Shown here piece by piece: positions 60,440-64,000 of a DNA stretch of 64,000 bases; position 1 is the stretch's first letter, and every line of letters starts with the position of its first letter. The DNA is from an uncultured Actinomycetota bacterium. GTDB lineage: Bacteria; Actinomycetota; Actinomycetes; JACCUZ01. The position numbers and the translations under genes are program-made. A model generated the notes under the pieces. The model was given only the letters and a program-made list of their open reading frames with translations, had not been told where the DNA came from and searched no databases. The stretch is from contig CAVSCX010000021.1 in NCBI GenBank assembly GCA_963726615.1, forward strand, positions 72,897-136,896. Reading direction: 5' to 3'.

Positions 60440-62519
60440 GCGGCGCCTCCCGGCCGGCCAGGCCCACCTGGTCGAGCACGAACGCGTGCAGCAGCGCCTC
60501 GTGCCGCCACGCGTCGTACCGGCCGGCCGGACCGGTGTGCGCGGCGCCGCCCAGAGCCGTGCTCAGCAGGAGCGGCAGGCCGCGCCGTGCTGGCCGGGTC
60601 TGCTCCTCGGCCCGGATGCGCGCCACCCACTTCGCCGGCTCGTGCACGGACACGCGCGGGTCGTTCCGGCTGGCGGTCACGAGCATGGCCGGGCGATCGG
60701 GCCCAGGGGTGTTCTCGTACGGCGAGTAGCCGGCCAGGTAGGCGTGGTGCTCGGGCTTGCGGGGGTCGCCCCACTCCTCCCACTCGGCAACCGTGAGCGG
60801 CAAGGTGTCGTCCAGCATCGAACCGACGACGTCGACGAAGGGAACCTCGGCCACGACAGCGGCGAAGTCGGCCGGGGCGAGGTGGGCGACGGCTCCCATG
60901 AGCAGGCCGCCGGCGCTGATACCGCGGGCCGCCAGCCCGGAGCGGGTGGTGGCCCCGGTGTCGACCAGGTGCCGGGCGCAGGCCACGAAGTCGGTGAAGG
61001 TCGTGCGCTTGGCCAGCAAGCGGCCCTGCTGCCACCAGCAGCGACCCAGCTCGCCCCCGCCACGGACGTGCGCGAGCGCCAACGTCATGCCGCGGTCGAG
61101 CAACGGCAGCATGTCCGGCCAGAACTCCGGGTCGAGACTGGCCTCGTACGCGCCGTAGCCGTACAGCAGGCACGGAGCCCCCGCGGCTCCGTCACGTCGG
61201 CGCACCAGCGTGATCGGGACCGCCACGCCGTCCTCGGCCACCGCGTGCGCGACCTCGCAGTGGTAGTCGGTCAGCGGTCGCTGCACGGCCTGCACGTGCA
61301 CGACCGTCTCGGCGCCGGTGAGCAGGTCGTGGTCGACCTCGGCCGGCGGCCGTACCCAGCCCTCGCGGACCAGCCGCACACTGGCCGCCCCGACGTCGTC
61401 GTTGTCGCCAAGCCGGACCACCTCACCGGGCTGGTCCGGCTCGACAAGCCGTACCGTCGCACCCGAGCCGTCGAGGATCCGGACCCGCTGCCGGCCGCCG
61501 GTGCGCTCGCTCACGACCACCCGACCGCCGACGACGTCGGCCGACTCGACCCGGATCGCGGGGTCGTGCGGCAGCAGCTCGGTCCAGCGATCGGGTCCCG
61601 GGTCGGCAATCGGGGCGGTGACGACCCGGTACTCCGGCGCGTCAAGGTCGGTGACGATGACAAGCCGGCCGCCCCCGGGGCCGGGCAGGTGGTCCACGAA
61701 GTACTCCCGGGAGGGGACCCGGGCCGCGACGAGCAGCGGTTCGGACGACAGGTCGGCGCTGGACACCAACCGGGCCTCGGTGGTGTCACGGCTGCGGGCC
61801 AGCAGGACCGCGAGCTCGCCGCTGCGGGTCGCCTCGACCTCCAGCTCGAACCGGCGGTCCGGCTCGTGCCACACCACGGCGTCGTCCGCCTGCGGGGTCC
61901 CCAGAACGTGCAGTCGCACGGTGTCCGGCCGGTAAGCGGCGTCCAGCGTCGGGTAGAGGAAGGCGCCGCCGTCGGCTGCCCAGGCCAGCCCGTAGTAGGT
62001 GCCCTCGAGCTGGTCGGGCAGGTCCTCGCCGGTTTCCAGGTCCCGCACCCGCAAGCCGTAGACCTCGTCGCCGTCGTGGTCGACCGAGTAGGCCAGCAGC
62101 CGGCCGTCCGGGCTCGGCTCGAGCACGCCGAGCTCCAGGTAGTCATGGCCCTCGGCGAGCAGGTTCTCGTCCAGGACCACGGCCAGCTCGTCGGCGGAAC
62201 CGGCGCGACGCCGGAGGTGCACGGCGTACTGCGCCCCGGCGGGACGGCGGACCCGGTGCTCCCAGCCGGCCCGGACGCGCGGCCCGGACAGGTCCTCGTC
62301 CGGCAGGACGCCAGCCATCTCGGCCACCAGCTCCGCGCGCAACGGATCGAGCGACGCAGTGCCCGCGTCGCACCAGGTGTTCTCGGCCGCCAGGTAGGCC
62401 GACAGCTCCGGGTCGTCGGTCCGGCGCATCCACGCGTAGTCGTCGGAGACCTGGGTGCCGTGCAGGCTGCGGGTCGTCGGACGCCGCGGCGCGACGGGCG
62501 GTCGCAGGGCGGGGGACAC
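60423..62519 (-). CDS. ptrB: oligopeptidase B / prolyl oligopeptidase family S9A serine protease
   Basis: 698 aa. The N-terminus is DDYAWMRRTDDPELSAYLAAENTW. The catalytic Ser motif is GISAGGLLMG. The overall architecture is propeller plus alpha/beta-hydrolase. Confidence 0.9.
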   Translation of the reverse strand: MSPALRPPVAPRRPTTRSLHGTQVSDDYAWMRRTDDPELSAYLAAENTWCDAGTASLDPLRAELVAEMAGVLPDEDLSGPRVRAGWEHRVRRPAGAQYAVHLRRRAGSADELAVVLDENLLAEGHDYLELGVLEPSPDGRLLAYSVDHDGDEVYGLRVRDLETGEDLPDQLEGTYYGLAWAADGGAFLYPTLDAAYRPDTVRLHVLGTPQADDAVVWHEPDRRFELEVEATRSGELAVLLARSRDTTEARLVSSADLSSEPLLVAARVPSREYFVDHLPGPGGGRLVIVTDLDAPEYRVVTAPIADPGPDRWTELLPHDPAIRVESADVVGGRVVVSERTGGRQRVRILDGSGATVRLVEPDQPGEVVRLGDNDDVGAASVRLVREGWVRPPAEVDHDLLTGAETVVHVQAVQRPLTDYHCEVAHAVAEDGVAVPITLVRRRDGAAGAPCLLYGYGAYEASLDPEFWPDMLPLLDRGMTLALAHVRGGGELGRCWWQQGRLLAKRTTFTDFVACARHLVDTGATTRSGLAARGISAGGLLMGAVAHLAPADFAAVVAEVPFVDVVGSMLDDTLPLTVAEWEEWGDPRKPEHHAYLAGYSPYENTPGPDRPAMLVTASRNDPRVSVHEPAKWVARIRAEEQTRPARRGLPLLLSTALGGAAHTGPAGRYDAWRHEALLHAFVLDQVGLAGREAPLSPSR

Positions 62520-62638
62520 GGACGCACGGTAGCCCAGCTCCTGTCGTCACTGACTCGTGACTCAGCAGAAGCGTGACAAACGTCCCGGCAGCCAGCATGA
62601 TCCTGGACACGACGGGGTCCGACGATGGTGGAGGTCCC

Positions 62639-64000
62639 ATGCAGGCTCGACGGGTACGGCGCCTGGTTGCGACTGCCGCCGTGGCGGTCACCGCGGCGGC
62701 GACATCGCTCGTCGGCGGCGTCACCAGCTCGTCGGTCGCCGCCAACGGACCCACCACGTTCACGGTCGGCATCAAGCAGGACATCGACTCGTTGAACCCG
62801 TTCACCGGGATCGTCTCGTCGGCCTACGAGGCCTACCAGATGAACTACGACACCTTGACCGACTACGGCGCCGAGGACTTCGCCACCAAGCCGGCGCTGG
62901 CCTCGAGCTGGGACACCTCGGACGACGGGCTGACCTGGACCTACCACCTGCGCCCCGGACTCAAGTGGTCCGACGGCCAGCCGCTGACGGCCCGGGACGT
63001 GGTCTACACCTTCGACCGGGTGCGCAACGGCAGGTACGAGCAGACCAACTACGGCAACTACGTCGCCGCCATCACGTCGGTGAAGGCCACGGACGACACC
63101 ACCGTCGTCTTCACGGTCAAGAAGCCGACGCCCATCATGCTGCACCTCTACGTCTACATCCTTCCCGAGCACATCTGGAAGGACATCGACGGCAAGAAGG
63201 TGCGCAGCTTCACCAACGAGCCCGGTCCGGACGGCATCGTCGGATCCGGCCCGTTCATCGTCACCGAGCACCAGAAGGGCCAGTTCCTCCGGTTCAAGGC
63301 GAACCCGAACTACTGGGGCGGCAAGCCGAAGGTCGACGAGATCGTGTTCCGTGTCTTCCAGAACGACGACTCGCTGGCCCAGGCCCTGCGGCGCGGTGAG
63401 ATCGACTTCGCCGACGACCTCGGCGCGAACGTCTTCAAGAGCCTGGAGGGAGCCGAGGGCGTCACGACCTTCGACGCCGTCTACTCCGGGTTCGACGAGA
63501 TCGCGTTCAACACCGGTGCGGCGCTGGACGACGGCACCCCGATCGGCAACGGGCACCCCGCTCTCAAGGACCAGAAGCTGCGCGTGGCCCTGTCCTACGC
63601 TGTCGACACGAAGGCGCTCGTGGATCGGGTCTTCGGCGGCCACGGCTCGCCGGGTGACAGCATCATCCCGCCGCTCTACGCGGACCTGCACTACGACCCG
63701 GGCACCTCCGCCTACACGTTCGACCCGCAGAAGGCCGAGAGCCTGCTGGACGAGGCCGGCTACACCAAGGGACCCGGCGGGATCCGGACCATGCCCGATG
63801 GCGGGCGCAAGCTGTCCTTCCGGCTGTTCGGGCGGAGCAACTCACAGACCAGCCAGCAGACCGTCCAGTTCGCCGCGGGGTGGCTGCGCGACATCGGCAT
63901 CGAGGTGAAGACGAAGATCGTGTCGGAGGACGCGCTCACGGAGATCATCGGCCAGGGCAACTTCGACATGTTCGAGTGGGGGTGGGTGGTCGAGCCCGAC
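62639..64000 (+). CDS. ABC transporter substrate-binding protein, family 5 (peptide/nickel type), 3' end outside window
   Basis: It is not in the ORF track because no stop is reached. ATG 62639 lies 5 nt after GGAGG. The frame is open for 454 codons to the window edge. It has a signal peptide (MQARRVRRLVATAAVAVTAAATSLVGG) and then FTVGIKQDIDSLNPF...LTWTYHLRPGLKWSDGQPLTARDVVYTF... typical of SBP_bac_5. Confidence 0.88.
   Translation, partial: MQARRVRRLVATAAVAVTAAATSLVGGVTSSSVAANGPTTFTVGIKQDIDSLNPFTGIVSSAYEAYQMNYDTLTDYGAEDFATKPALASSWDTSDDGLTWTYHLRPGLKWSDGQPLTARDVVYTFDRVRNGRYEQTNYGNYVAAITSVKATDDTTVVFTVKKPTPIMLHLYVYILPEHIWKDIDGKKVRSFTNEPGPDGIVGSGPFIVTEHQKGQFLRFKANPNYWGGKPKVDEIVFRVFQNDDSLAQALRRGEIDFADDLGANVFKSLEGAEGVTTFDAVYSGFDEIAFNTGAALDDGTPIGNGHPALKDQKLRVALSYAVDTKALVDRVFGGHGSPGDSIIPPLYADLHYDPGTSAYTFDPQKAESLLDEAGYTKGPGGIRTMPDGGRKLSFRLFGRSNSQTSQQTVQFAAGWLRDIGIEVKTKIVSEDALTEIIGQGNFDMFEWGWVVEPD

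Noticed and set aside
60486-63691. Long ORFs 60486-62576 (+, 696 aa) and 61511-63691 (-, 726 aa)
   Set aside because: The first is antisense to ptrB. The second is in an alternative frame of ptrB and continues antisense to the ABC substrate-binding gene. Both are low-complexity, whereas ptrB and the SBP have clear family signatures.

Overview
This is a high-GC actinobacterial chromosome segment. I judged GC by eye (roughly 70% or more, with a very strong G/C preference at codon position 3) and did not compute it. I cannot assign a genus.

The backbone is the conserved housekeeping run: nadD-(LCP)-rsfS-histidine phosphatase, tRNA-Ala(GGC), leuS, degV, comEA-comEC-holA, rpsT, lepA, hemW, CIRCE-hrcA-dnaJ-rsmE, HIT, phoH-ybeY-CNNM/CBS-era, leuA, recO-uppS, zupT-zur, glyQS, dusB, ptrB. 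It ends in a 3'-truncated peptide-type ABC substrate-binding protein. I call about 60 protein genes, one tRNA, one CIRCE operator, one Zur box, a leucine leader/attenuator candidate, several GC-rich hairpin terminators and two short tandem repeats.

I see no rRNA, CRISPR array, transposase, integrase or phage genes, and no recognisable defence system (RM, TA, Abi and similar).

Many long ORFs in the supplied track are antisense or out-of-frame shadows typical of high-GC DNA, and I rejected them.

Most noteworthy observations:
- A 9-kb variable block lies between era and recO. It contains an orphan GT1 / GNAT / CodA-like amidohydrolase / GT1 cassette whose last gene is translationally coupled to recO.
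- A secreted lysyl-oxidase-like protein keeps its Cu and LTQ residues and sits next to a Tat-exported PQQ-type dehydrogenase.
- A 15-codon Leu-Leu-Leu leader ORF and four alternating copies of an 11-nt GC-rich element lie upstream of leuA.
- Two conserved genes (histidine phosphatase, rsmE) have only a CTG inside a CTGA stop/start overlap as a start candidate.
- An orphan Flp-type pilin with an atypically long Cys-containing tail is divergent from a GGDEF cyclase next to tRNA-Ala.
- A compositionally atypical islet follows glyQS.

None of these can be shown to be a new system from sequence alone, so each finding states its decisive test.
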